DNA of 64,000 bases from Yuukianura sp. NJ FZ-2021 (GCA_046563655.1 CM102288.1:1302001-1366000); one strand, 5' to 3'; counted from the stretch's first letter, positions 24,955 through 38,902 are shown. Made by a program: numbers and translations. Notes: a model not told the origin generated them from the letters alone.

Positions 24955-27900
24955 GTAATTTTATAGTTAAACGTTACTCCATTGTTCTGTTGAATTCGTT
25001 CTGGAAGTTAGAAATATCCGGTTTAGTACGAAATTTACAAAATTTGTTAAATTATACTTTGAGTTAAGGCTGGTGTACACAGGTCATTATAAGCTCCAGT
25101 GTTTCTACGCTGGATAAATTGTGTACGTTATTTTTTTAAATTCGTGTCTTATTTGAAGCTTAAAATTTCTGCCTTGTTGGGATTTCTTCTGTTTTGCAGT
25201 TCCTTGTCTTTTGTCATCCTTATGTCCGCTTTTGCCTTGTTAAGAAGGTTCTCAAGACATACTTAATTTGAGTAAGTGTCTTTATTTCGCCTTGAAAGAA
25301 ATGAATTGCATTGTCCACTTAAAGTTAAAAGGTTCTAGATTGATTTCCGCATTTAGACACGGAGCAGACAGACAAGGGAGAACAAAGGAGTAAAGTCGTG
25401 ATTTGGGTGTTCCTAAAATAACGTTTTAGCAATTTGAGTGAACTTGGTGCATGTTAAGTTCAGGGTTACTGCCAAGATTAGACTTCTCGATGAGAATAAT
25501 CATGACGAAGAATGACTAAATACCAACCTTAAGCTCCTCACACCTTTTACTTTTTTCATTGTCATGGTCTGTGCAATGCTAAAAAGATTTTGCAACAAAG
25601 GTAGGCTTAAGGAAAGGGAAAGGGCGGGATGCCTTGTGGCATCATCGAATTCAAAAACTATACGCGCCAGACGCCATGTCATGTCACGCCGTGCCGAGTG
25701 TGCAGAATCCTTTAATTTGCAAACGCCAAGTCTACACTGACAAAGCGACTTAGCGCGTTCGATTGCCTAGTTTGTAGATTAGACCAAACGAAGTACTGGA
25801 CGGTATTATCACCACTTCCAATCCATGGAGAGGCTTGAGCTTCAAGTATTTTGCGTCTTGTGGTTTGCACTCTGTTCTCACCAAGTGTGTCCAATGCCAA
25901 AAGCAAACGGTTTTCGTTCTGGAGGGTTATTGAGTCATCTCTGTGCTGCCTTTGTCTTCTTGGGCAAGATTATGAATATTGATGAATTTTGGCAGAGAAT
26001 GGAAGTTTATACGTTAGTTATACTGTGAGATCAGGTAGGAAGAAAGAATGGGCGTGGACGTATCTGGACAGGAATATTGATTAGGCTATGGAGTTATAAC
26101 AAAGGGAAGTTTGCGTCTGTAGTTTGCGTTTGGTGTTTAGATTGAATTCGGATCTTTGTTGAGTTAAGCCTAGTACACACTGGAGTAAAATTTTATTCCA
26201 AATGTGGGTAATTATTTCATTGGGTGAAGCATGAAAAAAAATCTAATCATGACTCATTTCATTGTCTACTGCCATTGTCCACGTAGTTTTCTATGCTCTA
26301 ATCCAACTGTGCATCTTTACAAGACTGAGCCACACCTAGTTTTGTTCTCTGTTAAAAAACTTGTAGCTTCACAGGTTGAAAACTGGCGTTTGACGTGAAG
26401 CAGACGGTGTATGTAATGGTGTTAGAAACTTTAAAAGTGATCTGAATCTGCTAAGGTGCGATGAGAAATTTATTCTGAAAAACAGGCATTGTTTTTCAAA
26501 AACTTTTTTTTTCGTATATTTTTTGTTTTTATACAATTTTTTGTGCTAGAAAGACTTGTTTTACCAGCTGATTTTACTCTAAAGGTCATGATCATGAATT
26601 TCCACACCAGACGAAGTTTTTTGTTGGCGTTCACAGTTTCCATATTTGTCATAAACATAGTAGATGTTTTTTCGTTTTGGTGGTGGGAAAGGAAGGAAAT
26701 TTTTTGAACTTTTCACGTGCTCAATCAAAATTTGCTGAGATGTGCAAACCTTCGACGGAATGCTGACTTTTGCAATTATGTGGAAGCTGTTTGTTTATTA
26801 TTGTCATTTTTTCGTGCCTGTGTTGCGAAATTTGAACTTGTTTTTTGTGTAAATTTTTTAGGTAGTAAGTAAGTATTTTGTTGAAAATTCGGTTACTTAC
26901 AATGAGAGGACTTACGTTGGTATCATGCGATGCAGACGCTTGGTGTATTTTCCTATGGGAATTTCATAATACCTGGTATTATGATCGTACCATCTTGTCT
27001 TGAAGTTAAGTTAACATTTGCTGGAAGTTGAAATTGACCGCAGCGGTTCTCGTTGGTCCAGGGGCAAAATTTGAGGTACTTTTTGAAAAATTTGAAGGCA
27101 TTGTTGTGGGTTGCTTCGCAGTATAACAATGATCACCTCTGGGAGTGGGACTTTTAGTCATTTTCCATTGAAAAACAAAATTGTTCTATCCCTGAATCAT
27201 GAGTCATTTGCGGGAATAAGAAATTTAAGGTTTTGAAAGTATAAGGTTATGGCCCTTCCGAAATCCCTAGGTTAGTTTTCCATTTTTGGAAGCAGTGATT
27301 ACATAGCAGCGCCAAATTACGGTTTTTAAATTGCTTTAAACGAAACATCTTCTGGACATAGTGCATGGAAGCAGCCAAAGTGAAAAATTTGATTGGTGCT
27401 TTATCGAAGGATCTCAAGTTTATTATGTCAAAGATGTCCTTGTTTGGACATAATAAAATATGACTTACTTTTCAAAATGAAATCAAATTTCTGACTAAAC
27501 TTAATTTTGTAGGAAACCGATTGTGCAGTAGCAGTAGGGAGGCAACGCCTGCATTTGCATTTCGTGTAATTTTTTTCCTGCTAGAATGTGATTTTGAAAT
27601 TTTAGACCAGAATTTGGAAATTACTTTTGAAATTGTAGAAATTGGATCGAATTTCAAAATTTCCCATGAGTTGACCTTGTGTAGATTGTTTTGGTTTTTC
27701 ATTTATAATTGGAATAGTATGATGTTTCAATGTCACGTGGCGGTCAAAAGTAATTTTGTATCCAAGGCTAAAGTTAAAGAAGACTTGCTACATAATGCTG
27801 CGGCTTCTTTCTGGATTTGTAGGAAGTTATACTTTGTCTCTGTCTTCAAATTTTCAACGTCGATTGCCAGCAGCCGCTACCTTAGTTTAGTAGTTGAAAT

Positions 27901-30900
27901 TGGTTGCTAGGCAAAAGTAATACTTCCTTGCGTCTACTTTTGTACGTACGTAGTTGAAGTTTAGTCTTTTCCTTTGCGTGGAAGCATGACGAAGACAAAG
28001 TCAACTAGACGAGAGGAGAGGTTTTCAAGTTGAATGTCGAGGTAATTTTAGGAAGGAAGACAAGGCTAGGCAAAGGCAGGAATTGAATCTTGAACATCTC
28101 TTCCTACACTTCTTACCACTTCTGTCCCTCAGGAGATACTCTTTGGTCATTAATTGAAAATGTCAATTACTCTCTCAATTGTCCTCCTACCTAAGGAAAT
28201 GAAATTGAAATGTGAAATTGTAAGAATTAGACAGACGTTGGAGCCACTGGAAATTGGAACGCAATTTGTTGTTTAAAGTTTTCATAATTTTTTTTGTTGT
28301 AATTTCAGTTTTGTAAAAGTTACAAATTATTGCTTAGTTTGTTGTAGGAAATGCTTGTTTCAAATGCTACGCCGTCTTTATGTTGGCTTATTTGTCGTTT
28401 TTCTAGGTTTACAGTAAGTGAGGTCAGGTTTTTCGTAGTTGCTCACCAAAGATTTGCCTTGAACCGGAGATCTGTTGACTTGCGTTTTTTGGAACGGAGA
28501 GGAGAGACATATTTGGCTTTTGAAATGGTGAATGTTGAGGCAGGTTCGGCTATGAAGATTACAGAACTGGTTTGTTTTTTTGCGGTTTTGCCAATTAAAT
28601 TCAAGTAGATTTTTTATGCGCACCATCAACCCAAACAAAGTGCAATTATTTGTAAAGGGGACCTACAATGAAATGTGTGACTCTTTAAAATGCATAAGTT
28701 GGAATGACTTCTCAAGTTGCCATTAGTTTTAATGTAATGGAAAAGTTCTCAATTGTGCACATCTATAAAAATGGCAATTTCATTTGAAATGTCAAGTGTC
28801 AAATCGCATGTCCTCTTCCTCTATGTCCTAACTTTCAAATGCTGTGAAGTAGTCGGAAGATGAAATTAGGACAGACGTAGAGTGTTGGTCAGCAACTGAT
28901 AAAAAACTGTAGCTACTAACTGTATAGTATTTACTTTGGCCTCAGAACAAGAATAGTTGGGGGACTATAGCTTTATTTTATGGTTTTTATCTCTTGGGAT
29001 ACTATTAGAATGGTGAACATAATTGAATAAATGTTAACTGTAGTTAAGTGACTAAAATATATTAAATTTCCTTGAACTCGGAATTATCTTTACTAACTGT
29101 CCAGGCCTGCCTTAAGGAAGCGTCTGTCATGATTTGCTTCACAACAGATTAAAACCATTTTCTTCAAAAGCAAAAAATATGAACTTCATTTTTCCTAGCA
29201 GTTTTCAAAAAAATTCTGATTTTTTTTCCAAAATCTTTCAAAATCTGATGCAACGCTAAGCTTCAAAGTCTTTCATAGTTTCATGAAGCGAATGCGAACG
29301 AGTTTTCCAAAAGAAAAAGATTTCTTCAAGATCTTTCCAGTTCTTTTGCGAGCAAAGCAAGCTTCACAGTGTTTCATGGAGCGAATTCAAATGTATCAGA
29401 AACTAAACGGAGTTGACGCTTTACATTGAATTTGGGCGACATGCTGCCTATTATGACTAATGTGCGGTGATGATGCAATTTTACCTGTTGAATTTTTTTT
29501 TGTGGGAGATTCGTTGGATTGAGCTAATTAATCATTTCTGCGTGATCAAAGTCATAAGAACGACTGTTTGTATGTACTCTTGCGTGTGATGATGATCAGA
29601 AGTTCAAGGTAGGAAGAACCTCCTTAAGTTTTAGTACTGTTGAGATGCTGAGGAAGTTTTTTGTTCACAGGTAGAAGTGATCTCAAGGTTTTTTTGTGTG
29701 AATAATAGGTTGAAACTGAAAGTGACAGTGACAGGATAGCTGAGCGTTGGCGCCTCGTTCTTTTTTAAGGGAATGGGGTGGTGTGCCAATTGGGCTCGGC
29801 TGGAAGCCTTGTTTCTGTGGGCTAGTAGGATGCTGCATCTCTTGGTCCACGATGACGATAAAGTCTAATTCCTACCTATTGTTGTGATCTCATCTTTGGA
29901 TCTTAAGATTCAGAAGAGGGAAGATTTTGTTGTCGAGTGTATGTTTTTAGCCTAGCATCATCCCTGTGCCCACGTAAGAGCAGGGAGGGGGATGAAATTT
30001 CCTAATTTTGTTTTTCAACCCCCTCTTCCTTCTTCACCTCCTTTCATTATCATTACCACAACCTTGAAATCATTATTTCTGGTAGGATGAGGCTGGGTGG
30101 CTAAGGTGTGACACGGACATGGACAGGTAGATTATAAGATCAAGAATGAAGATGATGTGGCTTGGGAAATTCTGCACGGGATGACGAAGGAAATCCTCAA
30201 AATGTTTTAGGCGTTTTTTTAGGTGTGTGGAAGTGGTTTTTTCGGTACGAAAAAAAATTAACCTACATAAAACTTTGAATTTAAAAAAAAAAACTTATTT
30301 GTCTGCTAAAGTTCCGCAAAAACATGAGAACGTAAGGTTTTTATAGCTTAAAATTGTGACGTGACTTAAGCAAAGTTTAAGAAACTGTTTTGGTCAAATT
30401 GGATTTATTTTTACGACTGTGAATCTTTTCTGATTGACGTAAATTTTTTGTTTTTGGAAAAGTTGGTGATGGTCTTTTGGCCAATTATGAACATTACGTA
30501 ATTTTTTCTAAGTATTTGATGGTCAGATGACCTTGGATATGACGGTGATAAGTTGGTTTTCTTGAGTATGACTTGAGTATTCTTGTGAATTATAATGGGT
30601 TTTTAGACGTATTGAAGGAATTGTTAAAATTTAACTATGAGTTTTAGAATGAAGACGTTAGAATGATGAAGGTTTTTTTCCCATGGTAGAATGATTGTCT
30701 AGTACAGGTTGTAAAGTGGAGTAATTGGTTACTAAGTCACAGAAGAATTCAAGTTTTCTGGATTACAAGCATTATAGGGTTTCTGCAATTCTAAGTACTA
30801 AGGATTCTCACAATTGTTCTCCTTGCCAATTCAAGTTTTTCAACTTGGATTGGAGATTTTGATTTTGTGATAAAAACTTAAACTGTTTAACCTACCGCCT

Positions 30901-33170
30901 CGAATCGGAAGTTTTTTTTTTGTTGCAACATTTTATTGTTAACTAACTTGAATAATTAGTTTTTCCTGGAAACTGAACATTTTTAATAGTTGCAGGAAGA
31001 TTTGGGTGGTTAAGATAGAATTGGGTCAAACAAGATTTTTTAACTTTAAGTTAGACTAGGTTGCCTAATTTAAGATTTTGTTAGGTTGTGTGAATAGGGG
31101 GTACTTGACCCACTTCCGATTTATTGGTTTGAGGAACCGAATTCAGAGAAAAGGATTAAGATTCTCTCGAGATTTTCTCTGAACGTGGTTTATTGGATTT
31201 CTGGAGAACTGAGATGATGAGGGGGCTGAGATGTTATGACCAAGGCAAAGGGCTATTGTTTTCTTCATTTTCAATTGAAGGGCCCCTTGGTGCTGGAAAG
31301 TGTTGGATTCGTGTGGGAGGCAATGCAAAGGAAGGCAATTAGGGAGCCCTTAAGGAGAATTTGGGCCACTGGCAGGAGGTATATGATGGTTGGACAACAT
31401 AGTGTACAATTTTTAGAATAGAAAGTAAAGGGGTTGCTCGGATGTTAGAAGATGAAACGCCAGAAGGGACCCCTTGAAGGGTCTGCGCAGAAGATGTAAT
31501 TTTTATTGAGCTTCATCTTCTGTGGACTTCCATAAAAGCTAAAGGGTTGCTGCAGCGGATTTGGAAGCCCAAGTACCCCTGGGCCCTTATTTTCTCATGT
31601 CCTAGTTTTGCTCTGCTCAAGTCTCAAATTTAAGGTGTACAAAGGGCTCCTGGAACCTACAATGTTCATAAGTTATAACCAAATTTGGTTTTTTGGTTGT
31701 ATAAAATTTTATATTGGTTCATAAAAGTAAAGCGTTGATGCGCATCTTCTAAGAAAAATCCTTTTTCAAAGCCTTTTTCAAAATCTTGATTACTTTTTTG
31801 ATCTTTTTGTAAAGATTTTAAGAAAATAGAATTTGTGTCAAGGAAAACTTTGATTAATAGTAGGGTGGTATTTCATCGAAAATCAGATTTTCTTGGGTAA
31901 ATTTTTCTTTCCTAAGCTTAGGTGGTGTACATAAGAGCAATACCACAATGATCTAATAGTCTTAGTGGTGAAGATTTAAAATCAAGTTTCAAAATTTCGA
32001 TGGATACATGCATAAGCATAAGCATTCAATTCCCTCTTGTTTCTGATAATTAATTTTGCGGAAGTCAGTTACGGACTTGATTTATGAGCTCATTTTCCTC
32101 TACTACATAAACATGATCTGTCAGTTTAACTTTATTCGAGCCTCGAACCAAAAAAGTTACACTGTTAAGGAAGTTTGCAGCAAGAAAATTTACTTTTACG
32201 AATTAATTTTTATCAATATTTTGAAAATTACTTTTAGAATTATATGCATTTTTTGTTGTATTTTATTCAATTTTGACGTGGGTGACGAACACGATGTTTT
32301 GGGTAATGTTAAATACTTGTCTAAATTGTAAACCCGAATTTTGAAAACGTTGCTAATGCATTAGGAATCGGAGTTGCAGTTTTTATGAAAAAGTAAGATT
32401 AATTGCATCTTTGCATCTTCAAAAACGAGAAGTTGGTGCAACTTTGTTTTGGAGTGAAGCCATAACGTAATTACAAAGTTTGTATTTGCCTCTTCCTTTG
32501 ATGTAATTAATTATATGGTTTGACTTGATTCTTTTTGAAACATTTCAGAAAATACTGGTTTAGAATTCTTAATTTTTGCACAAATCTTAAACCAAGCTTT
32601 AAGAAGGCATTCGAAGTAGAATTTCAGTGCATGAAACAACGGCAAAGTTTGATTTTGAGAGAAATGCAGTACGAAACTTCACAGAAATTTTGATAAATGA
32701 GTTTTCGTTTCTAGACTTTTTGAACGGAATTGAGGGAAATGAATTTTGACTAATTTTCGATTTGTTGAACTATTACGTTGATTGATTCGCAAAATCCTTC
32801 TGGCGGAATGTTTCACTTCAAAGGTCCAGTACAGTTGTGATTTTCTAAAATTTTAAAGTGGTAAAATTTGTAATAACAATAATAATGATTCCTTCACATG
32901 AAAATGGAATTGATTGAATTCTGTTTTTAATGAATCTTGTCATTCCCATTGTTGTAAATTCTTCTTTCCTCTCAAAAACAATCGACATCCGAAGATGAAT
33001 TTCTTCTTCTTCTCTTCAAATCTTGATTTCTTAAATCCTGCTTGGTTGGTGTACTTGTTCTGACATTTACGTGATTTTTTAACAAAATTTTTCCGCCAAT
33101 TTACAAAAAAAAGGCGTCACATTTTGAAAAAATTCTCTTAATTACTTTTTTTTGTCTTGTTCAATTACAG

Positions 33171-33306
33171 ATCTTCACCTCTAAAGCGGATCTGCAACTT
33201 CACACTCAAGTTCACATGAGGGAGGCAAAACCGTATAAATGTTCCCAGTGCACGAAAGCATTTGCCAATAGTTCCTACCTCTCCCAACACACGAGAATAC
33301 ATTTGG
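33171..33306 (+). CDS. rn: rotund-like gene, exon with C-half of finger 1 and finger 2
   Basis: Poly-pyrimidine tract and TACAG|; IFTSKADLQLHTQVHMREAKPYKCSQCTKAFANSSYLSQHTRIHLG; donor G|GTAAAA phase 1. Confidence 0.95.
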
Positions 33307-34157
33307 GTAAAAACGAATATGAAAAAATGAAAATTTTCAAAATTTTGGTTATGCAATTATTACAAATTTTGATGTTGATTTTAGTGGTCCTCCGAAACAA
33401 GTCTAGAGACAGTCTGGCTGAAACACTATAAATTTTTATGATGGGATTTTACAAGAGGAGAGACGAGCTCGTTTTTGTTCTTTTCCTGACACATTTGCGT
33501 GTCAGAGTTCAGGGACAAGCGGGAGTTAATGATGATAGTGTAGGAGACAAGGCTAGATGCTTTTTAGCGTTTCATTTTTTACTGAAATTTTAGAGTAGTC
33601 TGCGTGGATGAAAATTCAAGGTGTAGGTTGCTTTTTTTTTGACGAGAGAGAAAAGTTTTTAAAGTTGTTTGGGGTGTTAACGATGTTTGAAGTAAAATAA
33701 TAAATGATTGTAGCAATTCGGTGCTTTGTGTCCTGCGTTAAGGGCTTAGCATACTAAAACATGGCGAGTTTGCTAAGGTGTTGTTTGGTTCTGAATCCAA
33801 ATGAGAGTTCCTCAAGGAGAGTAATTAGTTATGGATTTAATGGATTCGTTAGCTGTAAAAACGAGCTCGTCTTAGCACTTAACGAAAGAAACGGCGTTCC
33901 CGGAAATATGAGTTTGTCTGACTTGCTAAAATCAAAATCAAGGTTGAACGTAATAAGTTTCCGCGTCTTTTCATCCTGTATGGAAACGCTTTATTAGAAG
34001 AGGAGGTCGCGAGGATTTGAGTGACAGGAGTTTTGATTTGATTCAAAAATGGTATTGGACATGCGTAGTTACAGGATGAATCGATGTAATGATTGACACA
34101 GGAATTAGTGATTTTTTTAGAATTACAAAAAATTGATTCGTTTTTTTGAAATTTCAG

Positions 34158-34616
34158 GAATCAAGCCTTACCGATGTGAAATCTGTCAGAGGAAGTTTAC
34201 GCAGCTCTCTCACCTCCAGCAGCACATTCGAACGCATACTGGAGACAAGCCTTACAAATGTCGTCATCCTGGTTGTAACAAAGCATTTTCCCAACTGTCC
34301 AATCTTCAATCTCATTCCCGGTGTCATCAAACTGACAAACCGTACAAATGTAATTCCTGTTACAAATGTTTCGTTGACGAGGCGGCTCTGCTGGACCATA
34401 TTCCGAAACACAAGGAGTCCAAACATCTCAAAACTCACATTTGTCACTACTGCGGAAAGTCTTATACGCAAGAGACTTACTTAACGAAACACATGCAGAA
34501 ACATACGGAGAAAGCTGAGAAGAAACTCAATCGCCAGAATAAAAACAACAGTAACAATACTAATTTTAGTAGCAATGAGCAGGCGACAACCAATGGCAAT
34601 CATCATCATTCGAATG
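34158..34616 (+). CDS. rn: rotund-like gene, exon with zinc fingers 3-6
   Basis: TTTCAG| acceptor; IKPYRCEICQRKF...TGDKPYKCRHPGC...HICHYCGKSYTQETYLTKHMQKH; donor G|GTAAAT phase 1. Confidence 0.96.
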
Positions 34617-34901
34617 GTAAATCCTGGTCCGCTCGGAGTCGAAAGTCGGATTTTTAGTCCTGTGATGCTGCTGCTGCCCAAGTGCATGTCAATTGTGCAA
34701 CTAAATCTAACTTTTTGACTCTTTTTGTTAAGCTTTTTGCTGATTGAACAGAATTCGAGCGTGTGGATAACTGCGATTTACAATTCTCATGATCTTTGAA
34801 TTGGCATTGGTCATGTCGCCTTTCGCTTTTCAAATATTTTACAACTATTTTGTGAAAACATGGAAAACGTGATTCTAATTTTGGTTTTGTTTGATTCCTA
34901 G

Positions 34902-35221
34902 GAGCGGGTAATCCTGGTACTAATCAGGCAGTGAACAATAATCATCAAAACAACAACAGTAACAACAACAACGTGTTGGCTACAACAGAAATTTACTGGA
35001 AAGCAGAACTGGGAGAAGGCAGTCCACCGTCCATGTGTATACCAGGAACAGGTCAAGGGACGACACTTCTCGTGCGGCAAGGCAGTGAAGGCCCGGATGA
35101 TCTGCGGGTAAATAATTTGGGACTCCAATCTTCAACTCCGACAAATCCTTATGATGCGATTGCCTCAGCCATTGCATCTTCCAAGAATGTGGGTGCTAGT
35201 GCTTTCACTCCCATCCAAACG
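34902..35221 (+). CDS. rn: rotund-like gene, Asn-rich post-finger exon (ends SAFTPIQT)
   Basis: CCTAG| acceptor phase 1; open frame; donor ACG|GTACCC (alternative in-frame donor CAT|GTAACT at 35233). Confidence 0.85.
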
Positions 35222-35699
35222 GTACCCTTCCATGTAACTAGAAAATATTAACAAAGTTCAATCTTCATTTCTTAGTTTCAAAAATCTTCATTTTCCGTTT
35301 CTCTTTTTGATTTTGGTTTCTGTCGTCTCTCAACTAGCTTCATTAACAATTATTAACCAAGTCTCTCTCTCGCCTTCCGCCAAAAGCCAAAACTTCTTCG
35401 TCTTCTTCTGCAAGTCGGATTAAGTCTCTGATTCTCTTAGAAATTAAAAAGTAATTATGGCGCAAGTGAGTTTTTCAAACATAAATTATTACGTTTTTTT
35501 GTTTTCCGAAAAAAGTGTTTCTCTTCGTGCGCTTCCCAACTACTACGTGCAAAAATCCGTTCTTTCCTGTGCCATTTTTCTCCCATCTTTAAGATTAAGT
35601 TCCCTCTATGAAATTGTAGACACACACCTCTGTGGCTTATTACCGTAGTTCTTTTTTTGTGGAAAAAAGTTTGAAAATTTTGATTTTTGTGTTTTTCAG

Positions 35700-35933
35700 A
35701 CTGCAATGTTGCAAATTCCTGCGAACATGACGAGCAGTAACGCTCCGCCAGGCAGAACCTATTTGTACGACACAATAACTTTCCAGAAACCGGCTCATCA
35801 GATGACAGGAATGGAAATTAAGCCCACCACTAACGCGTTTCCCAATCAACTAATTTCCTTGCACCAAATCCGAAACTATGCTCATCAACCTTCCATGACC
35901 CCTGAGCATTTGTTGGGCCTCAAAGAAAAGTAA
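35700..35933 (+). CDS. rn: rotund-like gene, terminal coding exon with NAB-binding motif
   Basis: TTTTTCAG| acceptor phase 0; TAMLQIP...AFPNQLISLHQIRNYAHQP...LKEK*; TAA at 35931-35933. Confidence 0.92.
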   Translation, partial: TAMLQIPANMTSSNAPPGRTYLYDTITFQKPAHQMTGMEIKPTTNAFPNQLISLHQIRNYAHQPSMTPEHLLGLKEK

Positions 35934-38044
35934 TTCAAGTCCGAAAAATGAAAACATCGTCTGTTTAACAGCAAGATCCACAACGGAATAACTTTTGCCC
36001 AAAGATTAGATTTTAGTTTTTAGAAGACGATGCCATAAACCATATTTTTACCATAAAGGCCTAAAAACTCCCCAATTCCTCCAGTAGTTACTAAAACCTC
36101 CAGCAGGATAACAAGTTTAATAGACATGACAATTATATACTTAACTTGTAATTAGCTTAACGTAGGATTTTAGTAACTACCATTGAAAGCTATAGTAGAA
36201 ATAGTTTTTCGGATTTTTATGAACTCTTGCGAGAAGAAATAACTTGAACTCAATTTACTGCATTTTAAAACAGTGGGTTTCCCTATGTACTCAAAATAAT
36301 TTTTAGACAAAACGTTTAATACTTCATCAACTTAAATATCTCCTTCATTTTCCAAAAGTACTGTCACAAAAGTTTGAAATTTAGAAGTACTAGTGTTGGC
36401 TATTGTAAAGTATAAAATACTTTAAGTTTGTAAATTTTAAGACAACTTTTAAAAAGTTGATATAAGCGTGTAAATGGTGTAATGTGTAAGCCGGAGACTG
36501 GGTGTGTCGTGAATGCATGAGTGAAGTAGGGCTTGGCATTTTTTTAAAGATTGTGTTAACTATAATTTTGTATAACCATCCAGTTGTGTTTAATTTTAAG
36601 GTTTAAAATTTAATTAACTTGAGGTAATTAGTAGTTAACAAATCCTTCTCTGAATTTACTTCAACTGTTAACACTAGAACGAAATTTTGAGTTGGTTTGT
36701 TCTCTAACTTCGAATTATTAGAAATTTTCAGTTTTATTTCCAAAACTGAAAACAAAAGTTGAAAATGTAAAAATTTGTAATACCATTTGGAGTGTTCGAA
36801 TTGCCTAAGATTTCTACCGGTGGAACTAAATTGCGGAATACGGTGCGTTAAGCAAAACTTTCGAAGTTGGGAAAACGGGATGCAGATTGAATTTTTATTA
36901 ATTTTCTAAACTTTTTCCGAAATATCTGTTAACGAATTGTTAATCCTCAGTTTCACAAAACTAACTTTAATTCATTGTGTTTAGTATTTTCAGTATTACT
37001 TGATGCGTTTTTTTTGTCTGTCTAAGGTAAAGTTTAAAAACTTTTGGTCTCTCTAATTACAATTTTCCAAAATTTAGAATTGAAAAGCATTTTTGTCAAC
37101 TTTTTTGCTTTTTTTTACCAGTTGTGTTAATGGATTGAATAAGCAGGAATGAGATTGATCTTCAAAGTTCCAAGTATAATTTAGACAGTTAAAGTTTAGT
37201 TAATTTTCAAAATTAATTTGTGTGTTGCATGGTTATGTTCATGAAATTGATTTTAAAATGTGTCTAAAAACTTATTGCAACTGGACTTATTGCATTTTTT
37301 GTTTGTGTTAAAGTAAACTTCCTGTTTTGAAATTCTTGGTGAATTTCAACTAGTAGGATGTGTATTTTTTGTAAGTTGGAGAATTATACATTTAATTATA
37401 TAATTTGTGTTAAATAACTAATTACGTTTGAAGGCTTTCTCACTTTTGGTTACTCTTTTCTCAAATGTATGATTCCTGACATACTAGTGTAAAGTTTTGT
37501 CCAATATTTTTTATTCAATCTTCAGTTTCTTCAGAAAATTGTTTCTTTAAGTTTTATGACAGAAATTCCATGATCTGTAACTCGCTCTGATAAAAGTTAA
37601 TATAATTTGATTTAGTTTAAATACTAAAAGAGACCAGTGTGTGAAGAATCAAAGCTTTATTAATGCTTAATCCATAACAAGGAATATTTTGAGTTCCAAA
37701 GTTCCCTAGTTTTACAATATTTTGGAATTACTATATAGAATATGCTAAGGATTTAAATTAATTACCAATTGATTTTGTGTGGTTGATGCCCGGTTGAAGA
37801 AATTGACAAGGCAGGTTTTGCTACTGTTAAGGCTCCGAGAACTACCAATTTCTTGTACATAAAAGAAGAATTACAGTTTATAAAAGCGTCCAGGATGATA
37901 AAAGTTTGTTTTGTGTAAGAGTTCCGATTGTTGACATTATATTCTCGTCTTTACACAAGTAATTAACTACAAGTTAGTTTAAAGTAATTATAAACTATCG
38001 ACGAATAAGAATATAAGTTTTAGCACCAGAAAGCTTATGGATTG

Positions 38045-38050
38045 AATAAA
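38045..38050 (+). terminator. Candidate polyadenylation signal (implies ~2.1-kb AU-rich 3' UTR)
   Basis: AATAAA followed by a GT/T-rich downstream stretch, at the end of a long ORF-free AT-rich region after the stop codon. Confidence 0.45.
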
Positions 38051-38902
38051 AAATGTTCTGAGTTTTTGAGTGTAAAGACGTCGTTTGCATGTTTTTCGTT
38101 TCATCACTTCTGAGTTTCAATTTTAATAGATTCGAATACAGCAGCTTCATCTAAAATTTATTTTCAAGTGTTTTTAATTATTGTCTTATAATAAGATAAG
38201 ATAAGAAATAAGATCTTATTTAAATTGTTGCTGAAATCAAAAACTTTTTAGTTTTTGTGAAATCCGAAAGCAAATGGTTGCGTTATCACACATTTCGCCT
38301 GATTTTGGAAATCAAATTCAAAATTTTGTGGAAAGGCACGTAGATTTTAGGAAGAGCCGAAAGCAATAAATTTTAAAACTGTCGTAATCCTACGGATTTC
38401 TTTGGAGACAAGCTGCGACCATTTGAATTTGAAATCTTATGAGGGCTTCTCCCGCATTTGACTTGAATTCTAAAACAGTTTTTTGTACTACTAAAAAGAA
38501 GAAGGGGGAAATTTAATGGTGGAACGAAAGGATTTGGAAGGAACAAGGCAAGGGGAAGTTTTCAAAGGAGAAAGTTCTTTATGCGGGAGACTTTCATTGG
38601 CTTTCCCTCCAAAAATATGGAGAAAGAGTCAACAAAATGGAAAGTCTATTGATTTTTGGGAGGAGCTTCCACGAGAGTTCCCCTCTTACTTTCTTTTCTA
38701 ATGTTCCTTTTTCATCAAAGAGAAGAAGGATTTTCATTTAAAATAAGTTTTAGAACGCTGTGGTTTTAGTTATTTGAATTTGAACAGAGAAGTAATCAGT
38801 CTTCTGCTGCAGCTGAAGGCTGGATCGGAAGAAAGTTATCCTGGATTTGGTGCCTTGACAGATTCACTTTCTCCATGCCACTTCCCTAGCAGAAATGAGG
38901 CA

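Larger units (their letters stand above)
1182..35933 (+). other. rn: Multi-exon gene for a rotund/squeeze/lin-29-family C2H2 zinc-finger transcription factor (span of longest coding model, ~693 aa)
   Basis: Spliced translation gives six C2H2 fingers matching the Rotund array (GRKYQCKMCPQ|IFTSKADLQLHTQVHMREAKPYKCSQCTKAFANSSYLSQHTRIHLG|IKPYRCEICQRKFTQLSHLQQH...HICHYCGKSYTQETYLTKHMQKH) plus C-terminal FPNQLISLHQIRNYA. All introns are GT-AG with compatible phases. The family was recognised from memory; rn versus sqz-type paralog assignment needs a phylogeny. Confidence 0.92.

Noticed and set aside
29221..29393. Degenerate ~100-bp direct duplication (AAGCTTCA...TTTCATG.AGCGAAT)
   Set aside because: Only two highly diverged copies; looks like an ordinary old local duplication
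34146..34687. Alternative-frame and antisense ORFs over the zinc-finger exon
   Set aside because: Shadow ORFs of the real coding exon
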